Origin: an uncultured Methanoregulaceae archaeon
Lineage (GTDB): Archaea > Halobacteriota > Methanomicrobia > Methanomicrobiales > Methanospirillaceae
Direction: 5' to 3'
NCBI GenBank assembly: GCA_963841015.1
Contig: CAWJAX010000003.1
Location: 704,001 to 768,000 of the forward strand
DNA length: 64,000 bases
The translations under genes were made by a program, and so were the position numbers. Of the stretch, positions 50,828 to 59,829 are shown piece by piece. The first letter of the stretch is position 1; every line of letters begins with the position of its first letter. Under the pieces are notes generated by a model, which was given only the letters and a program-made list of their open reading frames with translations, was not told where the DNA came from and ran no database searches.

Positions 50828-51404
50828 ATGTTTATAACCGTCTACTGCCCTGAGTGCACTGATGAGACCGAACATGACGTGGTCACTGAATCCCGCGATC
50901 TGCTCGTCCGCTGCACCACCTGCGGCCACCACCAGCGCATCAAAAAGGATAAAGAACCCCAGTCGATCGTGGTCAAAACGATTGTCTCAAAAGAGGGAAC
51001 ATCGCTTGTCTGCGGGATTGAACTTGCCGAGGATGAGGAATGCAGCGTTGGTGACCATCTTGTAGCAGAGTGTGGGGAAGACGCGTTTGGCGTTGAAGTA
51101 TCCTCAATTGAGTCCGGGGAGAAACGGGTAAACCGGGCAAAAGCACCCGATATCACAACGCTGTGGACCCGGACAATTGAACAGGTGGTTGTAAAAATCT
51201 CCATTCATGACGGCAGAAAAACAGACTCCTGTCTATATGGAATGCGACGGGGAGCAGCCGTTTGTGGTGGGGGAGATGTATGTCGCATCAGGAAAGAGGT
51301 TCAAAGTCTCGCACCTTAAACTGCGTGACGGTCCTCTGATGAGAAAGGAAGGGTGGAAAACCGTCGCCCACCGTATCAAGCGGATCTACGGTTACCGGTT
51401 ATAG
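50828..51404 (+). CDS. Archaeal zinc-finger protein (HVO_0476-like), frameshift near 51223
   Basis: CPEC...H..RCTTCGH; C-terminal IKRIYG in the second frame. Confidence 0.8.
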
Positions 51405-51658
51405 ATTTTTTTTAATGCTGCCGTGAGTTGTTCTGCGTGAACAACCCCTTCGAAACGCTCCAGAAGGATTCCCTCTTCAAGAATCACTATTGTAGGGGTT
51501 ACCTTCAACAGAAATTCCTTGATGTACTGAGGATTTTTTGTCGCATCGATCTCCTCAATAGTGATATTGAGAGAGTTTCCTACTTCTGTATTGATCGGGG
51601 TCTGCTCCATGCATCCCATGCACCCCGGCTGGTAAAAACAGATCACACGCACTACCAT
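51392..51658 (-). CDS. Thioredoxin-like protein (CMGC)
   Basis: FYQPGCMGC, VTPT cis-Pro motif. Confidence 0.85.
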   Translation of the reverse strand: MVVRVICFYQPGCMGCMEQTPINTEVGNSLNITIEEIDATKNPQYIKEFLLKVTPTIVILEEGILLERFEGVVHAEQLTAALKKIYNR

Positions 51659-51704
51659 GAACATGAGTAGACTGCGATACTTAAAAAAAGAGTTTGTGTA
51701 ATTT

Positions 51705-52394
51705 TTACTGTTTGTTGATACTGACAACCCGGACATCAATCACGGGAAAGCTGAAATCAACAACAATACCTTCGGGAGACTTGTTTGCCACGTCACCGAT
51801 TCTTAAGTAAGAGTTTGCCGAGGTAATATTTGCTGCAGCTTCCGGATTATCAGAAACGCCCATAAAGAAACTGTCTCCTATAGTGATATCACTGAGGTTG
51901 ATCTTGTTGAGAGCGAGCCGTTCGGCTGACCAGTCATAGGTCATCGGTACATTTGAGGAAATTGGAATCCGTTTCTGCTCATTGACCCTCATTCCGATAA
52001 TCCCCGAGCTTAACGCATTATATTCCGAGGAAAATAGCGCGAGCTGCTGAACTTTCCCCCCATTTGAAGGATACACCATGATAGAGTAAATTGGCTTTTC
52101 CATTGTCTGGTTAGCAGTGATAGTAATCTGCTTAGACCCAAAAACTCCACTGCCTTGCGCCACTGCCTGAGCATAGGTTGATTGTTCCGTAGTAACAATG
52201 GGTTTTCCGGCAGCATCAAAAAGTGTATAGTCAATGACAACCGTATCCCCGGCTTTTACTGAGGTAAAAATAGTCAGCCAGCTGGAACCCATACCGGAAA
52301 GTATCATGAGCCCGACAAAAAGCACACAGACACACACAATAAGTATCTTACTCACCAGTTTCGTCGTTTCCTCTTTTTTTTTCTTTGTTCCCAT
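51705..52394 (-). CDS. Membrane-anchored FKBP-like protein
   Basis: N-terminal TM segment; VKAGDTVVIDYT, GM.V.E.K, VVDF. Confidence 0.65.
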   Translation of the reverse strand: MGTKKKKEETTKLVSKILIVCVCVLFVGLMILSGMGSSWLTIFTSVKAGDTVVIDYTLFDAAGKPIVTTEQSTYAQAVAQGSGVFGSKQITITANQTMEKPIYSIMVYPSNGGKVQQLALFSSEYNALSSGIIGMRVNEQKRIPISSNVPMTYDWSAERLALNKINLSDITIGDSFFMGVSDNPEAAANITSANSYLRIGDVANKSPEGIVVDFSFPVIDVRVVSINKQ

Positions 52395-52547
52395 GCTTTT
52401 TAGTTCCTCCTTACTACATCATTGTCCAACCGACATAAACTATTCCGCTCCTTTTTGGCTCGATGAAAAAGTTTATCAGAAATAAACACTACCATAAAGT
52501 TAACCCATCTTTTGGAATGATGGGCAACCAGAAAGAGAGGAATGCAT

Positions 52548-53021
52548 ATGGTGTGGAAAAGATATCCATACAACTCAATATGGAGCGAAATGGAGGATAT
52601 GAGAGCGGAGCTGGACGCTCTGTTCCAGCTGGGACCTTACCGGGGCAGATTACTCCCGCCCGGGGGAGTTACTGACAGGATGCTTCCTGCGATACGAGGA
52701 GAATTTCGTGTTGATGTCAGGGAACATGATGATGAAATGATCGTGGTTGCAGATCTGCCCGGTGTGGAAAAGGACGATGTATCACTTCAGATTCTCAACC
52801 CGAGAACCCTGGAGATCTCCTGTGAACGCAAAGGTGAGACAGAGGAAAAATCTGAAGGCTATTATGTGCGGGAAAGGGTGTATGGATCGATGCAAAGGCT
52901 TGTTACCCTGCCCGCAGATGTGACGGAAAAGGACGCCAAAGCCAGTTTTAAAAACGGTGTCCTCGAAGTCAGGCTGAACAAGACAAAAATTTCCCCGAAA
53001 TCGCGTATAGAGATAGAATAA
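52548..53021 (+). CDS. Small heat shock protein (Hsp20)
   Basis: VDVRE, ADLPGV, RER.YG, ASFKNGVLEV, C-terminal IEIE. Confidence 0.96.
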   Translation: MVWKRYPYNSIWSEMEDMRAELDALFQLGPYRGRLLPPGGVTDRMLPAIRGEFRVDVREHDDEMIVVADLPGVEKDDVSLQILNPRTLEISCERKGETEEKSEGYYVRERVYGSMQRLVTLPADVTEKDAKASFKNGVLEVRLNKTKISPKSRIEIE

Positions 53022-53080
53022 CTCTTTTTTCCTGCTGCTTTTTCCGATGACTTTTAGTATTCTTTTCGCTAAAAGCTGTA

Positions 53081-53869
53081 GTGATGGATAAAAAAAAGGT
53101 CAAGGACTATATGACCTATGATGTCGTCAGTGTTGATGTCCATGGCACGGTTAAAGACGTTATCGAAAAAATCCAAAAAACTCATCATGACGGATTTCCG
53201 GTTGTTGATGGCGATGAGGTGGTTGGTTATATCTCGGCCAGGGATCTGCTCTTTGTTCAGCTGACAACACCGGTTAACGATGTGGTATCCAAAAATCTGA
53301 TCGTTGCTGACCCGGAGATGGATATCAATGATGCTGCACGGGTAATCTTCCGAAGCGGAATCCAGAAACTTCCGGTCGTTGATGAGAAAAACCATCTGCT
53401 GGGTATCATCTCCAATTCAGATGTAATTCGCTCCCAGATTGAGCATGTTTCACCAGAAAAGGTCTTCAATTTTATTACCACATTAAAAAAGCTCTATGGA
53501 GTCGATCCTACCCTGGACCGTGGGACAGTACCGGTCAGAGATCTCCTGCCAACCCAGTCAAAAATCTATGAAGATGAACTCGAAGGTCGCATATACGAAA
53601 TCAAAAAAGGACTTGCAGAACCTATCATTGTCGTGAAACGTCCCGGAAAGATAATTCTTGTAGACGGCCATCATCGTGCCATTGCGGCAAAACGTCTTGG
53701 AATAACAGCAATCGATGCATATGTTATCGAAATAAAGGAAGATATTGAACTGGGTATGGAGCGGACTGCTCACGCGATGAACTTAAAATCACTCGATGAT
53801 GTCCAGGTACTCGACTATGCCCGTCACCCGCTTGTAGCGATAACGCATAGACTGGTCAAAAGAGTATAA
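53081..53869 (+). CDS. CBS-pair + ParB/Srx-like domain protein
   Basis: Two CBS domains, then PTQ...EPIIV...LVDGHHR. Confidence 0.9.
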   Translation: MMDKKKVKDYMTYDVVSVDVHGTVKDVIEKIQKTHHDGFPVVDGDEVVGYISARDLLFVQLTTPVNDVVSKNLIVADPEMDINDAARVIFRSGIQKLPVVDEKNHLLGIISNSDVIRSQIEHVSPEKVFNFITTLKKLYGVDPTLDRGTVPVRDLLPTQSKIYEDELEGRIYEIKKGLAEPIIVVKRPGKIILVDGHHRAIAAKRLGITAIDAYVIEIKEDIELGMERTAHAMNLKSLDDVQVLDYARHPLVAITHRLVKRV

Positions 53870-53970
53870 TACATTTTTCTCATAAAAAAAATAATTTTAG
53901 CATACCTTTTTATGGGGATTTTTCGGGTTTAAGAATCACGTAATCGTGTTCTGTTGCCCATCAACTTCTC

Positions 53971-55149
53971 TTAAGAACCTTCATACCGAAGGTCATACTT
54001 TTCATTCAGTACGTGCTCCTTAACAACGGTTCCATCAGGTATAACGACTTCAGGCCAGAGACGGGTCTTGGAATGAACGACCACCCTGTCCCGCAGGACC
54101 ACACGGGGTCCTATGACAGTATCATTTTCGACACTGCAATGTTCGCCGATGTGCGTATCATTATCCATGATGCAACCCGAGATCGTGCTGTTCGTCCCCA
54201 CAATTACCCGGTTGTAAAGAGACGAGGAAAATACCTTCACATTATTCCTGAGAATACATTTTTCACCTATACTCGTATAGGGCCCAATCAACACATTATC
54301 ACCGATAGTTGTTCCCGGGCCGATAGCAACAGGGCCAATGACCTTGGTGTTCTTACCCAGGGTAATTGAATCCCCCAGCTGAACCGGCCCCTGAATCTGT
54401 GCTCCATGCATCGACAGGTTCCCGATGATGTCAGTAAAGGCAATTTCCTGGAGCTTCCAGCGCTCAGCCTGACGGAGGGAATGGGGACTACCCACATCAG
54501 TCCAGTTACCCCGTGCAAGCCAGCCTTTCAGCACAAACTCTTCCTCCATCATCCGAGGGAAAAGATCGCGGGCAAAATCATATTTTGTTGCAGGCGGAAT
54601 ATGATCAAAAATTGCCGGGCTGCAGATGTACATTCCGGTGCTTGCGAGATTGGAGAAGATCTCGCCGGGCGCCGGCTTTTCCTTGAAACGTTTAATTTCA
54701 TAACCAACATCGATCTCAGCAATACCGTACTCACCGGGATCGTCTATGGATATCAGGCCTATTGTTGTGGTTGCTTTCTCTTTCTGGTGAGCACGGTAAA
54801 ACTCAAGAACATTTAAATCAGTAACATGGTCTCCCCCGACGACAAGAAAATCATGCCCGTCAAGATATCGCTGGGCGTTTTTCACGCTTCCGGCAGTTCC
54901 AAGCTTGGTTTTCTCATGAACGTAGGTGATCTCAACACCGAATAAAGAACCATCACCGAGAGCTTCCTCAATTGAATTCCCCATATACCCTAACGTGAGC
55001 ACAACTTCCCGAAATCCCAGATTCGAGAGGTGTGAGACCAGGTGCTGGATTGAGGGGCGGTTGACAATGGGAATGCAGGGTTTTGGCCGTTCAAAAGTGA
55101 GCGGACGGAGACGCGTCCCCTCCCCCCCGCACATTATACACACCTTCAT
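53971..55149 (-). CDS. NDP-sugar synthase (mannose-1-phosphate guanylyltransferase-like)
   Basis: GGEGTRLRPLT..PKP, LGTAG, EKP; C-terminal hexapeptide repeats. Confidence 0.92.
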   Translation of the reverse strand: MKVCIMCGGEGTRLRPLTFERPKPCIPIVNRPSIQHLVSHLSNLGFREVVLTLGYMGNSIEEALGDGSLFGVEITYVHEKTKLGTAGSVKNAQRYLDGHDFLVVGGDHVTDLNVLEFYRAHQKEKATTTIGLISIDDPGEYGIAEIDVGYEIKRFKEKPAPGEIFSNLASTGMYICSPAIFDHIPPATKYDFARDLFPRMMEEEFVLKGWLARGNWTDVGSPHSLRQAERWKLQEIAFTDIIGNLSMHGAQIQGPVQLGDSITLGKNTKVIGPVAIGPGTTIGDNVLIGPYTSIGEKCILRNNVKVFSSSLYNRVIVGTNSTISGCIMDNDTHIGEHCSVENDTVIGPRVVLRDRVVVHSKTRLWPEVVIPDGTVVKEHVLNEKYDLRYEGS

Positions 55150-55371
55150 AGCACAAATTTGGTGCTGAACCGTTTTAAGTATAGTGCTGGGCTAAAAGAT
55201 TTTTCCTGTTCTCTAAAAAAGGTGAATAAAGTTTGTCGGGCCAGAACACTGTTGTAGTCCATGGATAGGGTAGAAAAAAATAAGAGTGTCCCTTCATTTG
55301 CCCGATAATTGAAAATCATTCACGGGTATTATATCAAACCAGGACAAAAGATTACACCAGGAGACGTATGC

Positions 55372-55638
55372 ATGAATGAAGAAGAGTACCGGATCTTACC
55401 GGCGGTGAAAGGCAGGGTGCAGTGCCTGGCTGAAAAAAAAGAGCCGGTTGAGAACTGCGGGTTCTGTATCCATTGCCGGGAGTTTGGTATTGGAGGAACA
55501 TTTGTGAAATCCCCGTCTCTTGCTTACTGCACGAAATGCCGGGTAACCGAACGGGTGGATATGGCGAAAGTAACCTCAGTGAAATGCGCCGATCGCCAGG
55601 GAGGGGGATTCCACAGCATTACAAATCTTATCAGCTGA
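55372..55638 (+). CDS. Small Cys-rich hypothetical protein
   Basis: AGGAG SD; C...CGFCIHC...CTKC...C. Confidence 0.7.
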   Translation: MNEEEYRILPAVKGRVQCLAEKKEPVENCGFCIHCREFGIGGTFVKSPSLAYCTKCRVTERVDMAKVTSVKCADRQGGGFHSITNLIS

Positions 55639-55675
55639 ACTTTTTTTTACATTAAATACCGAATGAGATTGTGAT

Positions 55676-57118
55676 TCACGAAGTCAATTGCGTCACTATC
55701 GCATCCATATCGACATGTTCTTCGAAAAGATCTGCCAGGAGATCATAGGGATCGGACTGATCAACTGGTATCGGAGAAAAAGACAATCCTTTTTTCGCAG
55801 AAATGTAGGAGAGCAGGGCGTTTACTGCTGACGGGTTCAGAAACATTCCGTGCAGGTAGGTACCAAAGACCAGACCATCGTCACTAACCCTCCCATCACC
55901 TTCAAGGGCTTCGCGGTTCCTGCCGGATTCAGTTATTCCCATATGGATCTCGTAACCGCAGACCTCCCCCATTGCTGAAAGGATAGGAGGTATTAAACAG
56001 GCAGTTCGCTTGATCTGGAGGGTGTTTTTTTCATACGATGCAAATCTGGTGACGCAGTCAAGCAACCCAAGCCCGTTGTACGTGCCGGCAGCAGACTCAT
56101 AACCGGAATCGATAAGTGTTTTTCCGAGCATCTGGTACCCCCCGCAGATCCCTATGATCGGTATACCCCGGTCTCTTCCCAATCGGATTTCGCGATCTGT
56201 ACCTGTCCGGAACATAACGGCGAGATCATCAATAGTGTTCTTTGTCCCGGGAATAATTACACAGTCATAATTATCCAGCGATGCGCCGGGGGATACATAT
56301 TCCACAGCAGCATGCTGTTCCAGCAGTTCAAAATCAGTGAAATTAGAAATTTTTGGGAGCCTGATCACCGCAACCCTGATTTGTGCATTTTTTGTTTTTT
56401 TATCACTGATTGAAAGCGAATCCTCACTTGGCAGCGGGATAGTGAAAAACGGAACAACTCCCAGTACCGGAATACCCGTGAGTTCCTCCAGTTTTTTCAC
56501 TCCGGGAGCAAAGATGGCGGGATCTCCCCGGAATTTGTTGATAATAATACCTTTGATAAGCGGCCGGATATCTTCTGGCAGGAGCTCAATCGTCCCATAA
56601 ATTTGAGCAAATACCCCTCCCCGTTCAATATCAGCAACAAGGATCATCGGTATCCGAAGGATTTTTGCCAGCTGCGTGTTGGCAATATCCCGGTCGTAAA
56701 GGTTCAGTTCCGCAGCACCCCCCGCACCCTCCACCACGACCTGACCATACCTTGATTTCAACCGTTCAAATGATTCCAGCGCCTTTATGAGAAGGGCTGG
56801 CGTTTCTTTGTAATAATCCCCGATATGAATATCTTTGTACGGATGCCCGTTGAGCACAACCTGAGATATGCAATCCCCTTTTGGTTTGAGAAGTATTGGG
56901 TTCATATCCGTGTCAGGGATAACTTTTGCAGCAATAGCCTGCATTGCCTGTGCCATCCCAATCTCTCCTCCATCCTGCGTTACGTAGGAGTTCAGGCTCA
57001 TATTCTGGGACTTGAAGGGTGCAACTGCTATTCCACGTCGAATCAGGCATCGACAGATTGCTGCAACAGTCACACTTTTTCCAACATGGGATGCTGATCC
57101 CACAACAAACAGGGACAT
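55676..57118 (-). CDS. cobQ: Cobyric acid synthase
   Basis: PFKSQNMSLN, EGAG, ISNFTD, GICGGYQMLG, GTYLHG motifs. Confidence 0.96.
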   Translation of the reverse strand: MSLFVVGSASHVGKSVTVAAICRCLIRRGIAVAPFKSQNMSLNSYVTQDGGEIGMAQAMQAIAAKVIPDTDMNPILLKPKGDCISQVVLNGHPYKDIHIGDYYKETPALLIKALESFERLKSRYGQVVVEGAGGAAELNLYDRDIANTQLAKILRIPMILVADIERGGVFAQIYGTIELLPEDIRPLIKGIIINKFRGDPAIFAPGVKKLEELTGIPVLGVVPFFTIPLPSEDSLSISDKKTKNAQIRVAVIRLPKISNFTDFELLEQHAAVEYVSPGASLDNYDCVIIPGTKNTIDDLAVMFRTGTDREIRLGRDRGIPIIGICGGYQMLGKTLIDSGYESAAGTYNGLGLLDCVTRFASYEKNTLQIKRTACLIPPILSAMGEVCGYEIHMGITESGRNREALEGDGRVSDDGLVFGTYLHGMFLNPSAVNALLSYISAKKGLSFSPIPVDQSDPYDLLADLFEEHVDMDAIVTQLTS

Positions 57119-57281
57119 ACCTTATTTACACGTGGATTTTCGGATCATAAAAAACAGATTCTCATTGTTTTCGCGGGATCAGTTCAGGTCTCCCCAAAAA
57201 TACCTTTATTTTGGCTGAAAACGTCAATATTCCTTCGGGCAATGCCAAGTAATAAATAACCAGAAACGTAAAATACATGTA

Positions 57282-57587
57282 ATGATTGGTGGGATTTGCC
57301 CGACGTGTGGACTACCGAAAGAACTATGTATCTGTGAAGAGGTAGCAAAGGAACAACAGAGGATCAATGTCAAAGTGAACAAACGCCGTTACGGAAAAGA
57401 AGTAACCGTTATTGAAGGACTGGATCCAACTGATATCGATCTTGAAGATCTTTCCAAATATATGAAAAGCAAACTCGCCTGTGGCGGTACGGTGAAAGGA
57501 AACTCAATCGAGTTACAGGGTAATCATCGCGACAGGGTTAAAGAACTGCTTTCGCTGAAAGGGTACAGCACGGAAAATATTTCCTGA
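57282..57587 (+). CDS. Translation initiation factor aIF-1 (SUI1)
   Basis: [29 protein letters not shown] motifs. Confidence 0.96.
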   Translation: MIGGICPTCGLPKELCICEEVAKEQQRINVKVNKRRYGKEVTVIEGLDPTDIDLEDLSKYMKSKLACGGTVKGNSIELQGNHRDRVKELLSLKGYSTENIS

Positions 57588-57617
57588 TAATTTTTTTTTT
57601 GAAAGTTTTTAAAAATT

Positions 57618-57824
57618 GGCTTTTGGAGAATTCCTTTTCCATTGATATGAATTTCAGGATGCTGGTACGATGAAGGAGGGGACGGTGCCGGTCCCCCCAT
57701 ACCGCCCCTGCACTGATCGATACTGACAGAGCACCTGGGGGGGTTATCGCATTAGGGGAGCCACAGCAGCGGGGGTGAAACCCCCTTGAGCGTAGAGAAT
57801 GTAATTGAGCATTTCTCAAGAGTC
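57618..57824. mobile_element. 207-bp MITE-like dispersed repeat, copy 2, with imperfect terminal inverted repeats
   Basis: Left end GGCTTTTGGAGAAT; right end reverse complement GACTCTTGAGAAAT; internal GC-rich hairpins; homologous to 15174-15380. Confidence 0.72.
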
Positions 57825-57868
57825 AAAAAATTGTGTTTTTTCATTCTCTCTTGTTCAATAAAAAAAGA

Positions 57869-58904
57869 TCAGATAAAGAACCTGAAGGTAACCCAGGCAA
57901 TAATCACCATTATAGCGGAATACTTCAGCCCTGCAATAAGTCGCCCTTCCCCCATCTGGCCGGCAACAAGTCCTGAGAAGAATCCCTGGAGCAGTGCCGC
58001 ATGGGTGAATAACCGTTTGTAGAGAAAAAGGTCCACCATTCCCATGAACCCACGGGCACCAGCTGCTGATGCTGATGCACCGGCGGTAGCCATTGTGGTC
58101 AGGAATGTTGATACCAGAATTGCAATGACAAACAGGAAAACGGCAAATGAAACGAGCACGATAATCACATAGATCAGCATGTTGTTGCTTCGTTCCTGAG
58201 CAAGGTTTACAACTTCGAAGGTATCTTTCGCTGCCGCCCGAAGCACCTCACTGATATCCCCGCCGGCTTTGCTTGCTTTTGCTATCAGGTCAACACTCCG
58301 GTCAGCAAGCGGAGTGCCGAGCTCTTTTCCGAAACGGTACATTGCTTCAACAAAGCCGGCACCCCATGACATATCCTGATCGAGCTTCCTGATATGGGGG
58401 GTAAGCGTCGAATACTCCGCACCGGCTGACAATGTGCACAGCATTTGGCAGGGTCATGCCGGAATCGTTCATGCCCGCAAGATCCCGGAAGAAATTCGGG
58501 AGGGCATTTTCCAGGTTCTTTACACGCCGTTGTTCTTTAAAGTCAAGGATCGCTACCGGAATAATCGCAACCAGAACTGCAAGAACCAGAAAATCATCAA
58601 TAATTGTTGAGGTAAAAAGGACCTGGATCCCGTATGACATCACCATCGACACAAAACCACCGATGAAAATGATAATGGCGAGGGGTATGGTGACGATGAA
58701 TATGTTGACGGGTTTTTCTGTAAGCACCCTGAAAGGGTGTTTTAGGAATTTTCCCAATCCTTCCCGGGTCTGTCGATCACGCTCAAGATTCCTGGTGATC
58801 TCATCGAGTTCGGGTTCGATTGCACTCAGTTCGGCTGATTTGAGCGGAGTCGGGGTTTCACTTCCACGGTTGAAGATATTTCTGAAGGTTTCTTTGACGT
58901 TCAT
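57869..58904 (-). CDS. Type IV pilus/T2SS F-family platform protein (TadC/PilC-like), frameshift near 58427
   Basis: LPNFFRDLAGMNDSG...GLVAGQM.EG; HIVAGAEY is restored by deleting one A. Confidence 0.88.
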
Positions 58905-58905
58905 T

Positions 58906-59829
58906 TCAGGTCTCCGGAGTCATGGAACTGATCATTACAACGAACGCAATACTGCCTAACGGGATCATGACATAAATGACCATATAGAGAAACATCGGAT
59001 TGTTGTCGCCATTGAGCACCGACATGATTGACTGGAGAATAATCAGAAACAGCGTTCCTGCAACCATGGCGGTCACATAGGACTCAGAGACGAGTGCCAG
59101 GGTTTCCAGGAACATTTTCTGTGTCTGCCGGTTTTCGAGTGCATACTGCTCGGCTTTTGTCCGGAAATAATCAGTGATGTTACCACCACTCGCAACACTT
59201 GCCATTGTTCCCTGTAAAAATTCCTTCATGCGCCTGCTTGGAGTACTTGCCGATACAAGGCGGAGGGAATCGATCAGGTCCCTGCCAAAAATATCAATCT
59301 CACGCGCAATATAACGGGCCTCCACTGCACTCTCACCATATATCTTGCTTCCGCCAAGGAGCCGGAACACTTCTGCCGGGGTTATACCCGCAGTGGACAT
59401 CGAAGTGATGTAGTTAATCGCATACGGCAGGGTCGCATCAATATTCCTGCGACGGTTCCCTGCTTCAAGACCAGGATACAGGATAAATGCAAGGTAGGTA
59501 AGTCCGCCGAACACCAGAAGTGAGAAGATTGTTATAACGACGGTTCCGATAATAAGAGTATATGGTGAAAGTCCCAGAACTACCTCAGGCACCTCTCCCT
59601 TGTATTGAATGAGATTGGGAACTTGTAAAATCCAGCTGATGATGCCAATTACAAATGCCATCAAGAACCCGACAATAATTGCAGAGACGTATGCTGTGGA
59701 GAGATAGACTTCAAACGGAGTCCTGAACCGTGCAGAGACCAGGTCGTTTCTGAGAGCCGCATAGTCATCCCTTTTTGCCTTCATCCGTTTACCAAGGAGG
59801 TTGAAACAGAATCGCTCATAACTATTCAT
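58906..59829 (-). CDS. Type IV pilus/T2SS F-family platform protein (TadB-like)
   Basis: LPYAINYITSMSTAG, YGE, STPS..KEFL, ESYVT motifs. Confidence 0.9.
   Translation of the reverse strand: MNSYERFCFNLLGKRMKAKRDDYAALRNDLVSARFRTPFEVYLSTAYVSAIIVGFLMAFVIGIISWILQVPNLIQYKGEVPEVVLGLSPYTLIIGTVVITIFSLLVFGGLTYLAFILYPGLEAGNRRRNIDATLPYAINYITSMSTAGITPAEVFRLLGGSKIYGESAVEARYIAREIDIFGRDLIDSLRLVSASTPSRRMKEFLQGTMASVASGGNITDYFRTKAEQYALENRQTQKMFLETLALVSESYVTAMVAGTLFLIILQSIMSVLNGDNNPMFLYMVIYVMIPLGSIAFVVMISSMTPET

Noticed and set aside
57538-57819. 93-aa minus-strand ORF
   Set aside because: It lies across the MITE-like repeat and antisense to aIF-1; not supported as coding
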